A DNA stretch of 64,000 nt from Octopus vulgaris (GCA_951406725.2 OX597822.1:1178001-1242000), one strand, 5' to 3'. Counted from the first letter of the stretch, positions 42,950 to 56,438 are shown. The notes: generated from the letters alone by a model not told the origin. Program-made: numbers and translations.

Positions 42950-44084
42950 TGTTTATATATATATATATATATAAAAATATATACACACTAAACACATTCA
43001 CATGCATACATACGCACATATATATACATACACATACTTTGAATTATGTACAAAGACCTCTACATTTTCACGGTTTATCCTTGAGGACTGTTGGTCACTG
43101 CTAAAACGCGTTGACCAAAGTACTTTAGACTTGATGACTCACACACAAACACACTCACGAAACCAGTAAATAATTAAATGAATGAGTAAATAAATTAATT
43201 GTCTTGAAAATGGGGGTTGCCTCAAAACACTCATGCTCTAGTCTTCCCAACTGGTCCTCTTGGATTCAACACCATCCCAAAACATATTAAGGGAACGAAG
43301 TAGAAACCGTAACATTCGAACGGTAATCGGATAAAAAAAAGCAACAACAAAAATATTAAAGAAAACCCCGCAAAAGATCCACCGACGTTTGCATACATTT
43401 CTGTGAACAATTCCCGACTGAATTGGGCCTGAAACGATTTAAAAGACTATCATATGAGGTGCTATAAATTAGATATGCCCTGGGTGAAAAATGGACAAAA
43501 TTTGTTATACACAAATACACAAACGCGTACACATATGCGCACTCACGCTTTAGGTTTGTCTGTTCATAAGAACATAAGCAAATTTGAGCCACTAAGAATT
43601 CAAAGTGAATATCAGTGGTTTTTTATCGATAACAATTTAGCCTAATAACAGGCAAAATCTTCTTGGCTCATGCGTGCTCTGTGTGTATTCACACACACTC
43701 AAACATGAAGATAGCTTAATAAACATTTATTCATAAATATACATAGTTAATCCGTATATAAATATTTAATATATTTATAGATTTTTTTTTAATGAATGGC
43801 TTTTACATTTTCAATGAACAGTATTGTATTTCTTCGCTGTATCTATAAGTTTAAATGAAAATGAACGTATTAATCAATTACAGACGGCTCTTGTATATTG
43901 ATATTTTGCGGTAATTGCTCTGGCCTACTCATTTCATGTTCATAATTAAAAACTTCACATACGGCAACAGTTGTTGTTAACGACTATATCGGATTGAACA
44001 CCTGTACTTATTAATCACAACGCAATAGGCAAACAGCGACTTGAACAGCAACTTGAACAGCAACACCATCACAAACAACAACAA

Positions 44085-44930
44085 TGATTTCAAATTTTGG
44101 CACACGGTCATTGGCTTTGAGGACGGGGGTAAGTCGATTGCATCGACCGCAGGATTCGACTATTACATGTTTTTTGACCCCGAAAAGATGAAAGGCAAAG
44201 CTGACCGCAGCAGAATTTGAACTTACAACGTAAAGACGGACGAAATACCTATTTCTTTAATATCCACAAGGGGCTAAACAAAAAGAAGACAAACAAGGAC
44301 AGACAAACAGATTAAGTCGATTATATCGACCCCAGTGCGTAACTGGTACTTATTTAATCGACCCCGAAAGGATGAAAGGCAAAGTCCACCTCGGCGGAAT
44401 TTGAACCCAGAACGTAACGGCAGACGAAATACCGCTAAGCATTTTGCCTGGCGTGCTAACGATTCTACTATAGGCACAAGGCCTGAAATTTGTGGGGAGG
44501 GAGTAAGTCGATCACGCCGATGCCCACTGAAACTTAATTTATCGAAAGGATGAAAGGTAAATTTGACCTTGGCGGAATTTGAACTCAGTACCTAGTGACA
44601 GACGAAATACCTATTTCTTTACTACTCACAAGGAGCTAAACACAGAGAGGATAAACAAGGACAGACAAACGGATTAAGTCGATTATATCGACCCCAGTGC
44701 GTATCTGATACTTATTTAATCGACCCCGAAAGGATGAAAGGCAAAGTTGAGCTCACCGGAATTTGAACTCAGAACGTAACGGCAGACAAAGTACCGCTAA
44801 GCATTTCGCCCGGAGTGCTAACGATTCTACCAGCTCGACACATTAACATTAATAATAATAATCCTTTCTACTGAAGGCACAAGGGCAGCAATTTTGGGGG
44901 AGGGGACAAATCGATTACATAGACCCCACT
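44085..44930 (-). mobile_element. Array of SINE units (family of 12373-13139)
   Basis: Repeated cgaccccgaaaggatgaaaggcaaag...ggaatttgaac segments and two head copies (~44420-44470, ~44790-44840). Confidence 0.85.
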
Positions 44931-45104
44931 ATGATTGTAGTTGATCGCATTAAACCTTGTATTAATACTTATATTTTGTCTGGCAAGGTAGAATGTAAGG
45001 CATTGTTCAGGTTTTGTCAAAAACTCTGACCTCAGAACTTTAAAGTACATCATTTACACATTTAATAGAAAGATACAGTTGAATTGTTCAATTCACCAAC
45101 CATA

Positions 45105-45152
<48 letters not shown>

Positions 45153-45244
45153 TATATATATATATGTAAATGTAACATATGGTATAATTATAGACGGCAA
45201 ATTTTTTGCCCTTTCTCCGTAGATTGAAAAAAAAATGATGAATA

Positions 45245-45288
45245 ACCTTATTCGATTTTTCGAACTTTATTGGGTTCTCATCAGAGGC
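45245..45288 (-). ncRNA. Type I hammerhead-like motif
   Basis: Minus strand gccu CUGAUGA gaac ccaauaaa guuc GAAA aaucga AUA aggu; stems I and II pair, stem III decayed. Confidence 0.6.
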
Positions 45289-45502
45289 TGCCACACCATT
45301 CTGACCGTCTCCAGAGAAACAAGCAGCCAAACTATTTATATACACAACAAATGCAGTAGTTACTCTATGAAGGAGTCCCTAATTTGTATACCGAAATTGT
45401 TTAACACTTCATAAATACCCGCGCCTGGCAACGGGGATCTTAGTCCAAACAGTATCAAGGTATGATATAATAAGTATGTAACATATGATATATATGTGTA
45501 CG

Positions 45503-45548
<46 letters not shown>

Positions 45549-45631
45549 CACACATATATATATATATACATACATACACACATATATATATATATATATA
45601 TACATACATACACACATATATATATATATAT

Positions 45632-45720
<89 letters not shown>

Positions 45721-45855
45721 AAGTAATACTAAGCAATTAAGGAATACTAAGCAATTACTTAAATTTTCCTCGAATGAGGCTTTTACATGCCGAAGACTAC
45801 TTGGTGTAATTGATAATTATTCCAAATTAATTAATTTCACCCTTCATTGTTACTC

Positions 45856-45904
<49 letters not shown>

Positions 45905-45919
45905 TATATACATATAAAC

Positions 45920-45952
<33 letters not shown>

Positions 45953-46444
45953 CGTATATATATATATGCAGACGAAATACGGCTACGCATTTCGCTCGGC
46001 GTGCCAACGTTTCTGCCAGCTCGCCGCCTTATCAACAAGCAGTAATAATAACATACAACAACATGATCATCAACATCAACCGCAACACCATTTGCAACTG
46101 CAGCAATAACCACTGCAACAGCAACAACTACAAGAACAATAACAATGATAGCAATAACATTAAAAGCCACGATATTAACAATAGCAACACCCACAATATT
46201 GACACCACCAACAACAATATGTTCTATTCAATCTATCTGACTCATGTATCAGCACCTCATCTCTCTCAATAACCTGTTGTTCTATGGACCACTTTCTTTT
46301 CTCTACTTATATTTCGGTGTATCATGACCCATTGAAATAGAACCTCGTCGAGTGGGTGTGTTAATAAACTTGAACTCCATAGTTAGTTTGTTCAGTCCTA
46401 CTGCAAGTGTGTCACCCGCATGTCATTAGACACTACACTGTCCT

Positions 46445-46760
46445 TTTTATTTTTTTATTTATTTTCAAGCCTAGCTAGGCTCATGGACCCAGTTTCCCGG
46501 TTTCTGTGGCGCATATGTCCCCCCCCCGCCCCAGCTGGACGGGACGCCAGTCCATCGCAGCGTTACCCGAGAAATAGGAAGAAAGAGTGAGAGAAAGTTG
46601 CGGCGAAAGAGTATAGCATGGATCGCAACCACCACCTGCCGGAGACTCGTGGAACTTTTCGCTCAATAAACACCCACAGTGCTCGGTCTGGGAATCGAAA
46701 CCGTGATCCCTCGACCGCGAGTCCGCTGCCCTAACCACTGGGCCATTGCGCCTCTACACT
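46445..46760 (-). mobile_element. tRNA-derived SINE, full length (family of 10206-10506)
   Basis: Reverse complement gaggcgcaatggcccagtggttagggcagcggactcgcggtcg...ggtttcgattccc. Confidence 0.88.
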
Positions 46761-46787
46761 GTCATTCACATGCCTCAATTCAGTTAA

Positions 46788-46864
46788 ATGCTGGGAGTAT
46801 GTAAGATGCTTGGAGTATGTAAGATGCTTGGAGTATGTAAGATGCTTGGAGTATGTAAGATGCT
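46788..46864. repeat. 18-bp tandem repeat x4
   Basis: atgcttggagtatgtaag repeated. Confidence 0.9.
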
Positions 46865-46949
46865 AAGGTCAAAAGGCAACTTCTTACTGGTGTTTAGCCC
46901 CAGGTTAGTTCCGATTGGACAGACCTTATAATGTAAGGTTTTCTTCTTG

Positions 46950-47185
46950 TGTCGTACCGACTCATAAAGACCGTTTTCCTGGTTCCCACGGCGTATAAAT
47001 TCTCCACCTGGACGAGACGCCGATCCGTCACAGGGTTACTCATTTTTGCCAGCTGCGTGAACTGGAGCAACATGAAATGAAGTGTTTTGCTCAAGAAAAC
47101 AACGCGTCGCCCAATCCAGGAATCGAAACCTCAATATTACGATCATGAGTCCAACACCCAAACCACTAAGCCACGGCCTCCACTG
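46950..47185 (-). mobile_element. CORE-like SINE (family of 11421-11668)
   Basis: Same core and head on the minus strand. Confidence 0.8.
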
Positions 47186-47269
47186 ACCTTGCAATGAAAT
47201 GCAGACCAATAATGACCATCTTGGCTTCTATTCAGACTTTAGTATAAATCTGGGACTGGCTGTTAGCTG

Positions 47270-47575
47270 GTTACGATGACAAGGGTTCCAATTGATCCGA
47301 TGAACGGAACAGCCTGCTCGTGAAATTAACATGGAAACAGCTGAGCACTTCACAGACACGTGTAACTTTAACGTGATTCTCAAGGGGATTCAGCGTGACA
47401 CAGAATGTCACAAGGCTGGCCCAGTGAATTACAGGTACAACTCATTTTTGCCAGATGAGTAGACTGGAGCAATGTGAAATATAGTGTCTTGCTCAAATAC
47501 GCGCAGCCTGGAATCGAACTCACGATCGTTAGATCGTGAGCCACTCACTCTAACCACTAAGACACGCGCCTTCAC
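47270..47575 (-). mobile_element. CORE-like SINE with alternative tail
   Basis: Head and core as 11421-11668; tail shared with 9660-9820. Confidence 0.8.
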
Positions 47576-48035
47576 CCAGTCTTGGACTACATTAATGAAG
47601 AGAAACATTGCTTAAATTTTTGTTTCAGTCGGTAGGGAAGACAATGCTCATGATACAGGCCCAGTGGGCTGTAGAACTTAAAATATCCTAAATGCCCAAA
47701 TTCTTTCAACACAATGGAGATAGCTAAAGGTATCGAAGTTGTGGTGTTGAACTGGGCAACGTCGAAGTCTATCATCCAAGCAGACTATGACTGGATTGGC
47801 ATTTAGATAACAAAATGCTAGAATACGAGGTATAGTTTGAGTAAAATTTAGCTGTTGTTATTTCTAGCAGCTCAAACTATAAGTACATCAATTTTCTGGA
47901 ACCTTGGGTTCCAGAGACTTTCCGGCTTTCTAATATTTCCAAGCAGGAGGTCATTTGGTCAATACACCCTAAATTAACCAAATATTAAATTTACTTAAAC
48001 GAAATGCCGGTACTTGTACATTAATATAAATGATA

Positions 48036-48250
48036 CAGGCGTGGCTGTGTGGTAAGAAGCTTGCTTCCCAACCACATGGTTCCGGATTCAGTCCCACCGT
48101 GTGGCACCTTGGGCAAGTGTCTTCTACTATAGAAATTGGTGTGTTTACAACCCTGTAACTTAGCGGTTCGGTATAAGACTCAACAGAAAAATGTACTAGA
48201 CTTACAAGTAATAAGTTCTGGGAGCGATTTGTTTGACTAAAAACCCTGTA
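48036..48250 (+). mobile_element. SINE (family of 10951-11362), internally deleted
   Basis: Head gtggctgtgtggtaagaagcttgcttcccaacc joined to body tggtgtgtttac...acttagcggttcgg. Confidence 0.8.
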
Positions 48251-49790
48251 AAAGAATAAAATCCTGTAAAAGAATAAGAGAATTTATACTATACTGAGAA
48301 GATACGGGTTAACTAGTCTGGGGGCCCACGGGGATTTGAAGTTCCTGTTTATAAATTAGTGCCATTTTTAAAGGTTTTGGACTGTCAGGGTCTGGAAAGT
48401 CTGTATTGTACCTGTATCACGTGAAGTCTCTCAATGTACAAAGGAGAGCCTGGTGTGATTCTCCACTGCATGAATGAGTGGCAGCCTTGTAAATTTGATC
48501 TGCCATTCGTTGGATTATACCTGTGACTTTACAGTCAATTGGTAGAGTCATTAGCGCATCATTTATTCTGACACATAGCTTGTCTGAGTTCGAATATTGC
48601 CGAGGTCAACTTTGTCTTTTATCATTTCGGGGTGGATATATAAAAGTACAAGTGCACAGCAGTGGATTGGGGGAATTGTAAGAACGTTGAAAGCCTGTTT
48701 TTTAGAGATATTTGTTCTGGCTCTTTGCGTTCGGAGTTCAAATCCATGCATGACCTACCAGTGGGGTTACATTTAATACGTTACCTGTTTTAACGCTACA
48801 ACCTAGTTCCTTGGATGTCTTTAGCAGAGCCCATTCTATTACAAGTATTCCAGACATGTCTATGCTGTAAAGATATTTTCTTCTCTCGTTTCACGCCATT
48901 CACCAGTCTCGGAAGCTCTGTGAAATGTCATGGACATTGCATTCTATCGTAACTGAAAAACAAATAAATACATAAAAATATAAAGCATAAATATATAAAA
49001 TAAAATGAGTGTTCCTCATCTCTTCTTGCGAGGAAACCAGTCTGTAATGGGCTGGCGTCCTATCCTTTGGGAGATAATTTATCTCTCATCAGAAGAATAC
49101 TGATATAGTATATTACAATTAACATAGAGAAGAAAAGTACCAATCCCTAAAGCATCATTAATTTCAGGAAATATATGAACTAGCTTAACTCTAAATTAAT
49201 TTGAAGGGAAAGAATTTATTTAGAAATACGTGTGGATGGACACAAATGAAACTCAGTTTAAGCAACAGAAAAGCAGGACATGGAATATGCAATATCTCGA
49301 CTGCCAAATCGATTGTGTACCAGAGACGAGACCGAGTTCCAACTTTATCCTCATTTACTGAAGATCTTTCATATTTTCTTATCATTATTTCGCAGTTAGT
49401 TTGGAACAATAATGTTACTAAACCCATAACTAACGTTTCCAGACCTTCAGAGTCCCATTTGCAACAACCCAAACAGATATGGCAGCTTAATTGTGAAAGC
49501 AGGAAAGAGATTGACCACAGCAAACAAGTTAATACGTGACAGCTGACAGAGAAAACTAACAATCCTGGTGGGAGGGGCGAGTCAAGAAAGAAGAAAAAGA
49601 AAGGAAATATTTGATCGGGGACATAAGAAGCGATGCAGACGCCTAATCTATTTCAATTCTTAGAAAAAATGAGACTGTGAATTGCTGGAAACTTTGAATA
49701 GGAATTTAAGAACTTTGTTGTTCCAACGTAACCGTAAGAAACTGATATGAAAATATGAAGCATCTGTAGAAAAGGATTAACCTGGAATAC

Positions 49791-50121
49791 AGTGGTGAAA
49801 ACGCATGGCTCAGTGGTTAGAGCGTCGAGCTTACGATCATGAGGTTGTGAGTTCGAATTCCGGACCGGGCTGCGTGTTGTGTTCTTGAGCAAGACACTTT
49901 ATTTCACGTTGCTCCAGTTCACTCAGCTGTAGAAATGAGTCGCGACGTCACAGGTGCCAAGCTGTATCGGCCCCCTTTTCCTTACCCTTGGATAACATCA
50001 GTGGCATGGAGAGGGGAGGCCGGTATGCATGGGCGACTGCTGGTCTTCCATAAACAACTTTGCCCGGACTTGTAAGTTTCTATGAGCAGTCCCATGGTCA
50101 GTCATGACCGAAGGGGGTCTC
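49791..50121 (+). mobile_element. tRNA-derived CORE-like SINE, full length, third tail type
   Basis: A box tggctcagtgg, B box gagttcgaattcc, core ttgagcaagacactttatttcacgttgctccag; tail matches 53211-53418 (-). Confidence 0.88.
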
Positions 50122-50269
50122 AAGAAGGTCTCCTCCCCCACATCTATCTATTTGTAGATTTAGTATAAGTAGAAAATGTTTTTATATATTTATTGAATCA
50201 GTGCATTTTATTATAGCAATAATTGCATATGACTATCGTAATTTCATTTTCATGAATTAAAACAAGAGA

Positions 50270-50342
<73 letters not shown>

Positions 50343-50374
50343 ACTACTACTACTACTACTACAAATTATAATAA

Positions 50375-50578
50375 TGGTTTCAAATTTTGCCACAAGGGCA
50401 GCAATTTTGTCGGAAGCGATGAGTCGATTTCATCGATCCCAGTGTTTAACTGGTACTTATTTTATCGACCCCGAAAGGATAAACAGTAAAGTCACCTTTG
50501 GTGGAATTTGAACTAAGAAAGTAGCAACGGGCGAAATACCGCTAAGCATTTCGCCCAGAGCGCTAACGATTCTGCCTT
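50375..50578 (-). mobile_element. SINE monomer (family of 12373-13139)
   Basis: Reverse-complement match, flanked by (TAA)/(TAC) repeats. Confidence 0.8.
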
Positions 50579-50596
50579 AATAATAATAATTATAAT

Positions 50597-50649
<53 letters not shown>

Positions 50650-51268
50650 TTATTATTATTATTGTAATTATTATGTTGAAGACCACACATTTAGGGGAAG
50701 AGAAAGAGTACAGTTGATTACATTAACCCCCGGTATAAGTACTTTTATTTTATCGGTGAATGAAAAGTTAAAAACATGTATTAGTTCCTGGCAACAGAAC
50801 TCTAGAGAACGTAAATGTTAACATATTTCTTAGATGAAATCCACGAAAGAACAATATAAGAAAATGTAGGATATTTGTATCAAAAGGTATATTCCCTTCG
50901 AGAGGATTTCTAGCAGGTGCCGATTCTTAAATTTTATTCGCAGATTACAGCAATTGGCATTTGTCTAAGATGCCACGCTTGTCAATATTGCCAGAGGTTA
51001 CAGTCGTGAACACCACACAACTAAAACCTTTATATTTTTACTATTGTTAGCTCCCCCTATAAGCATTAATGCCGTTTAGCCACACGTTAGCAGAGGTTTG
51101 GTCGAGCAGTCTTCTCATCAATGTCATTGCAACTATGACCGACCCATCTTTTTGCATACCTTGGGCTACATCTGTAAATGGGTCCTTCTGTATGTTAAGA
51201 CGGTAGGGTGTGATTTGAAAAACTTTGGCTGCTATTTCTATTAGCTTGATATTCGCTGATGATGATTG

Positions 51269-51331
51269 AAAGCGATTTGACCTTTAACAACAAAGCAAAA
51301 GCGATTTGACCTTTAACAACAAAGCAAAAGC
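51269..51331. repeat. 29-bp direct tandem duplication
   Basis: aaagcgatttgacctttaacaacaaagca x2. Confidence 0.9.
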
Positions 51332-51676
51332 TATATTCAAAATATTAGCCTCCATTTGAGTAGCAAACAAACCTTCATAGTTGCCGATTCTCGACCCAAT
51401 CCAAGTGAAATCCACGATGGAATACTACAGCGACATCTAGGTTTCTACTCGTTAAACTGACGCGCTTAATGTTAGTGAACAGTTTATGTGGTTAGGTTGT
51501 GCGTGAAGGGAGTCGAAAATAAACTGTCTCTTCATTTATAAGATCACTCGTCTGAGTTATCGCCAATGGATTTCGCTCCGGTATACATAAATACAAGCAG
51601 CAGGTAACATTTTAGAAAATCTCACCAGGTTCACAGAATTTCCCAACAACAACAACAACAACAACGACGACGACGA

Positions 51677-51708
<32 letters not shown>

Positions 51709-51889
51709 AAAACAACAACAACAACAATAATGATAGCAAATATATCAGTATGTTCTGCAACAGAATATCAGAATTAAAATTAACAAAATAAAGAACAAAC
51801 TAAATCAAAAAGTGGACTTAACTGAATTTTAAAGATTAAACAAAAAATAAAAACAAAAAACAAGCAAAAGAAACAGTATTACAAAAGCA

Positions 51890-52090
51890 TAAGGCGGCGG
51901 CGAGTGGGCAGAATCGTTGGCAGGTCGAGTAAAACGTTTGGTGACATTTCATCCGTCCTTACGTCCTGAGCTCGGATCGACTCTGCCTTTCGTCATTGCA
52001 GGGTCGATAAAATAAGTACCAGCTGAATACTGGGATCGATGTAATCAACTTCCCCTCCCTCGAAATTGCTGGCCTTGTGCCAAATTGTAT
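51890..52090 (+). mobile_element. SINE monomer (family of 12373-13139), diverged
   Basis: aaggcggcggcgagtgggcagaatcgttggc...ggtcgataaaataagtaccag. Confidence 0.75.
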
Positions 52091-53129
52091 GCAATACTAT
52101 GAAACTATTCCCACTTCGTTTTCTATAATAGGCAATAAACTAAGGTTGTATTTTAAATAAACTTTAGCACAAAGGCAATTTCAGAAAGAGAAGAGATATC
52201 ATCTCTTTTATTGCCTTTTGATAGATCATTATGTAAATATAAATACATGCACTGGGTATATTTCACCTCTTTTACCATTATTATTAGTCGACTAGTTAGC
52301 CGTTTAACTAGTTATTTAATCAAGTGTTTGAATAATCGAACAGTCTATAATCAATCAGCTAGGTTCGTCAGAATCTTTCGTATCCATCCGTGACTTCATC
52401 AATGACCAACACATCCTGCTGCGAGTCTTCCTGTTTCTGAGAACCTACTGAATAAGGCAAAGACAGACAGATAGACCCGAAGCACACCTAGAGTAGCGAA
52501 TGAAATATTATGGATGAAGTCGGGAAAGAAAATGTCATGCTCAAGGAAAAACGTGCCGCCGGGTATGGAACTCACGATCTCACGATCATGAACCGAAAAC
52601 CCTAACCACTAAGACATGCCTTTCACATTCGAGAGTGACGTTAAGGATATGCATCGGAGGAATAGGCAAACACTTGGCTCCTCGCTAATGTAATGAGTAA
52701 TTCGTGCAGTTTATCAAACAACTGGACGCCTTTGTCCATCTATCATCGTATACTATACCATATGTACATACATGCATATGTGTGTGTGTGTGTGTGTTCA
52801 TGCGTGCTCACGTGTGTGGAGGGGATTTTGTGTGTGTAACTGATGTCTGCCAGGAGAACAGTTGGCTCTCTTGGTATAGTTTCATTTAATTGTCTCTCAA
52901 TTCTTTTACCTACTCTTTTACAAGATCACTTGAAACGTCAGAGGCTGTTCTGTTGTTTCATTGTCCATCTCTTTGTCCCTTGTTTTTTGCCGCTTTACAT
53001 TTCTACGCTTTTCAAGCACGTGCTTTCGCTTGTATGATTACACATAATATTTTTCGTTTGATAACTTCCTTTTAATCGTAAATTTTACTCACGTCATTTG
53101 TGTTATTTTTACCCATATACACACACACA

Positions 53130-53210
<81 letters not shown>

Positions 53211-53418
53211 CGGAGACCCCCTTCGGTCACGAATGACCATGGGATTGCACCTAGAAAATTACCCTCCGAGGCACAAGTCCGGGCAAGGTTGTTTCTAGAC
53301 CACCAGTCGCCCATGCATACCATCTTCTCCTCTCCATGTCTCCGATGTTATCCGAGGGAAAGGGAAAGGCAAAGGGGCCGATACAGCTTGGCACCACTGA
53401 CGTCGCAACTCATTTCCA
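53211..53418 (-). mobile_element. SINE 3' part (family of 49791-50121)
   Basis: Reverse complement of gcgacgtca..ggtgccaagctgtatcggccc...tgaccgaaggggg. Confidence 0.8.
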
Positions 53419-54068
53419 TATATATAAACACACACAGACACACTTAGCAGTCATTCGCAAAGGGGGATTACCTAGGAGCTTGGACCATGCGTTTGCTGGC
53501 TTGTTAGGTGCCTAAATAGACTCGAGCAACTCGCCACACTAAGGAGATAGTAACTTCGAGAATGCGACAGGTGGAGGGTGTGAGAAGGTATTCGTTTACA
53601 GCTGAGCAGTCTGGAGGAACGTGAACTGAAGTGCCTTACACATATATAGACAGACGCTACTATGTATGAGTATAAGTGTATATATAATGCGTGAATATAT
53701 GGATATGTGTGCGTGAAACTTCATACAATAGTATATACTCTCTGTGTATTTATTTGCATCATTATCTTGTACAATGTCTCGATGTATTGTATAACACCAT
53801 TTTTCACCTCTTATATTGCGTGTGTGTATATATATGTTTGTACGTGTATGCATGTGGTGGACCATCTCGTTATAAATGACAGACTTTTGCTGAGCAGCCT
53901 GCACAGATGATTTGTTTCTACAAACCAAATGTCTGTGATGTACATTAGATCACTCGCTATATCAAATGGGCGTCTCCTGTATGAGATGTGGAGGCGGTCG
54001 CAGAACAACGTGAAATTATATATATATATATATATATCAAAATAAGCAACAAAGATATCCAGAGGTAA

Positions 54069-54154
54069 TGCAGTACGATCGTTTCACGCAGCTCCATTTA
54101 ATTGAACAATGCAACCATTACATCAATTTAAATGCACTGCAATCCTCAGATGCA
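54069..54154 (-). ncRNA. Type I hammerhead-like motif with long stem II
   Basis: Minus strand ugcau CUGAGGA u ugcag..cauuuaaauuga...ucaauuaaaug..cugcg u GAAAC GAUC GUA cugca; palindromic stem III. Confidence 0.65.
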
Positions 54155-54280
54155 CAAGGACATAGATTTTAATTAAATTAAAACAGATGGACACATTAGT
54201 ATAATTTTACTTAAAATTTCGAAGAACTTAAGGAGATTGACAAAGAACATTTTGCTTCACTTCTGCTTATATAAATATAT

Positions 54281-54677
54281 AGGGGTACGGGCGACAGAAA
54301 GCTGCACGAGGCGGAGCGATAACAGGTCTGTGATGCCCTTAGATGTCCGGGGCCGCATGCGCACAACACTGAAGGAATCAGCGGGCGCATCTCCCTCGGC
54401 CCGAGAGTGTCGGGAAACCCGTGAACCACCTCCCATGATAGGGATCGGGGCTTGGAACCAACTCCGTGAACGAGAAATTCCCTGTAGGCGTGGGTCGTCA
54501 GCCCGCGTCGATCACGTCGCTGTCTTTTATACACACCACCGTTCGCTATTACCGATCGAACGATCCGGTGATGTCCTCGAATCTGACCGACGATTCCTCT
54601 TAAGCGCAGCGGCGTTCCACGCCGTCGTCGGCGCGTTCTCTGATGGCCCGGAGAAGACGACAGAACCCGATCACTTA
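54281..54677 (+). pseudogene. 18S rRNA pseudogene fragment (3' region)
   Basis: ataacaggtctgtgatgcccttagatgtccggggccgca and a decayed form of ttgtacacaccgcccgtcgctactaccgat; substitutions in universally conserved tracts; no flanking rDNA. Confidence 0.9.
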
Positions 54678-55039
54678 CTGCCTGTGGGTGGTGAATTGTG
54701 TCTTTGAGCAGGGCACTTTATTTCAAGTTGTCCCAGCTAAAAATGAGTACAACCTGACTGCTGTTGTAGCACTCTCTCCATTCCAGTTGTCAAACTCTGA
54801 AGATGCTGCTGGGTGAAAGAGCATATGCGACACCTGACCAATGCACAGGCACCTAAAACAATATGCAACAACATGGTATTTATTCTGAAACAATACCCCT
54901 TTTAGCGACACAGCCGGCTCTCGCACGCTCACTAAATGCATATTGCCTTCAGTTTTCTTTTTGTGTAAGATCTTGCTGCATGAATGAACTTGTGGCAAAT
55001 AAAATAAATTATTATTATTAATGATAATTATAATAATAA

Positions 55040-55252
55040 TCCTTTCTATTAAAGGCACAAGACTTGAAATTTTGTGGGAAGGGGGCTAATGGATTACTGC
55101 GACCCCAGTGCGTAATTGGTACTTAATTTATCGACGGTATAAGGATAAAAGGCAAAGTCAACCTCGGTTGAATTGGAATTTAGAACGTAAATACGGACGA
55201 AATGCCGCGAATCATTTTGGCCGGCGAGCTAAGGATTCTGCCAGCTCGCCTT
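55040..55252 (-). mobile_element. SINE monomer (family of 12373-13139)
   Basis: Ends in ttctgccagctcgcctt, the reverse complement of the head. Confidence 0.8.
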
Positions 55253-55274
55253 ATTATTATCATAATCATAATTA

Positions 55275-55679
55275 TTCAGCAGTTTCCTTTTTATTACGTG
55301 CTTATTAGGTATGTGCTGTAATTTGTTGTGGTGCTCTTACTTTCACTGTATTGAAAGTGCCTTACATAGGATTTGTGCGGTGCCTAGTAGTGTTATTTCT
55401 CTATGTTATGTACACTTTTAAGTCCTGGTTTTTCAGCTATGTATTTGTCTGAATGTTTTTCTTTTTATCATACTTAATGCGCCTACAATTGTAGGGAATG
55501 TTTCTACTTTTAGGCTCCACATGCGAGTTACCCCTATTTCCAGATCTTTCTATTTTGAAAGTTTCTCCGTTTCTTCATCTGTTGTTACTGATACATCGAT
55601 TAGAATGCATCTATTTTCTTGGTGATCTCTGATAACTATATGTGGTCTGTTAGTCTTGATTTCTCTGTGTGTATTGGCA

Positions 55680-55680
<1 letters not shown>
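55275..55680 (-). pseudogene. Decayed Dong-like RLE C-terminus + 3' UTR (family C)
   Basis: Minus-strand REIKTNRPHIVIRDHQENRCILIDVSV...KDLEIGVTRMWSLKVETFPTIVGAL...LLGTAQILCKALS with stops and frameshifts. Confidence 0.8.
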
Positions 55681-55739
<59 letters not shown>

Positions 55740-55750
55740 CATTATTATTA

Positions 55751-56237
55751 CTTTTTTTTTTCTTCTTTCAAATTTTCTTCCATTTCTTGCCGAGTGTCTT
55801 CCCGACTCCTAGGGCAAAGAAACTCATAGTGTATATTGGTAGGCCATTAAACCAAATTCTTGCGGTGTGTCTCTCTTGAGATGGCCTACCTAATGCATAG
55901 TAATAAGCGTATATTACTTCTTTATACTCTTCTCGGGTCCATTTGTTCCGCTTACATTTTTCTTTCTGTGGTGGTTGTGGTGGTGAACTTGGAGGGCTCG
56001 AGTTGGGGGATTTCCCGTTCAAGTGACCATCCATGTCCGTATTCGGAGAAGAGTTTGTGCCAGTTGATGACTTTTCGATCCCAGGTGGCTCTTCCCTGGG
56101 GGACGCGCTTCCAGATTAACCATAGGACAAGCGATTTGGTATACTGATTTAGTTTTCCTTTTAGTTTCCAAAAACATTTTGGTGCTACGATAATGTTATC
56201 ATTTTTTAGCTTTGATTGGCTCGTGGGGAGACGGCCA

Positions 56238-56238
<1 letters not shown>
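55751..56238 (-). mobile_element. Bipartite internally deleted Dong-like element (putative 5' end fused to family-B 3' UTR)
   Basis: 55751-55856 matches 37109-37213; 55857-56034 encodes KRNKWTREEYKEVIYAYYYAL, resembling the N-terminal region of R4/Dong ORFs; (TAA)n on both sides. Confidence 0.65.
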
Positions 56239-56274
<36 letters not shown>

Positions 56275-56282
56275 CATTATTA

Positions 56283-56317
<35 letters not shown>

Positions 56318-56318
56318 T

Positions 56319-56400
56319 TATGTTTGACTTTTGCTTTACATTTGTACGAGTTGGCTCCAAGTCTCACCCAGAGACCTCAAGAGACAACAGGTTGGAAGTT

Positions 56401-56402
<2 letters not shown>
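56319..56402 (-). mobile_element. ~85-bp 3' tip of Dong family A
   Basis: Near-identical to 35138-35222; followed on the minus strand by (TAA)n. Confidence 0.85.

Positions 56403-56438
<36 letters not shown>

Noticed and set aside
49191-49562. Overlapping 112/123-aa ORFs in unique sequence
   Set aside because: No recognisable domain or codon signal; cannot be supported without expression data
49800-49870. tRNA gene
   Set aside because: The tRNA-like head runs directly into SINE core and tail; same for the other SINE heads
54237-54707. 156-aa GC-rich ORF
   Set aside because: It is a translation of the 18S rRNA pseudogene fragment
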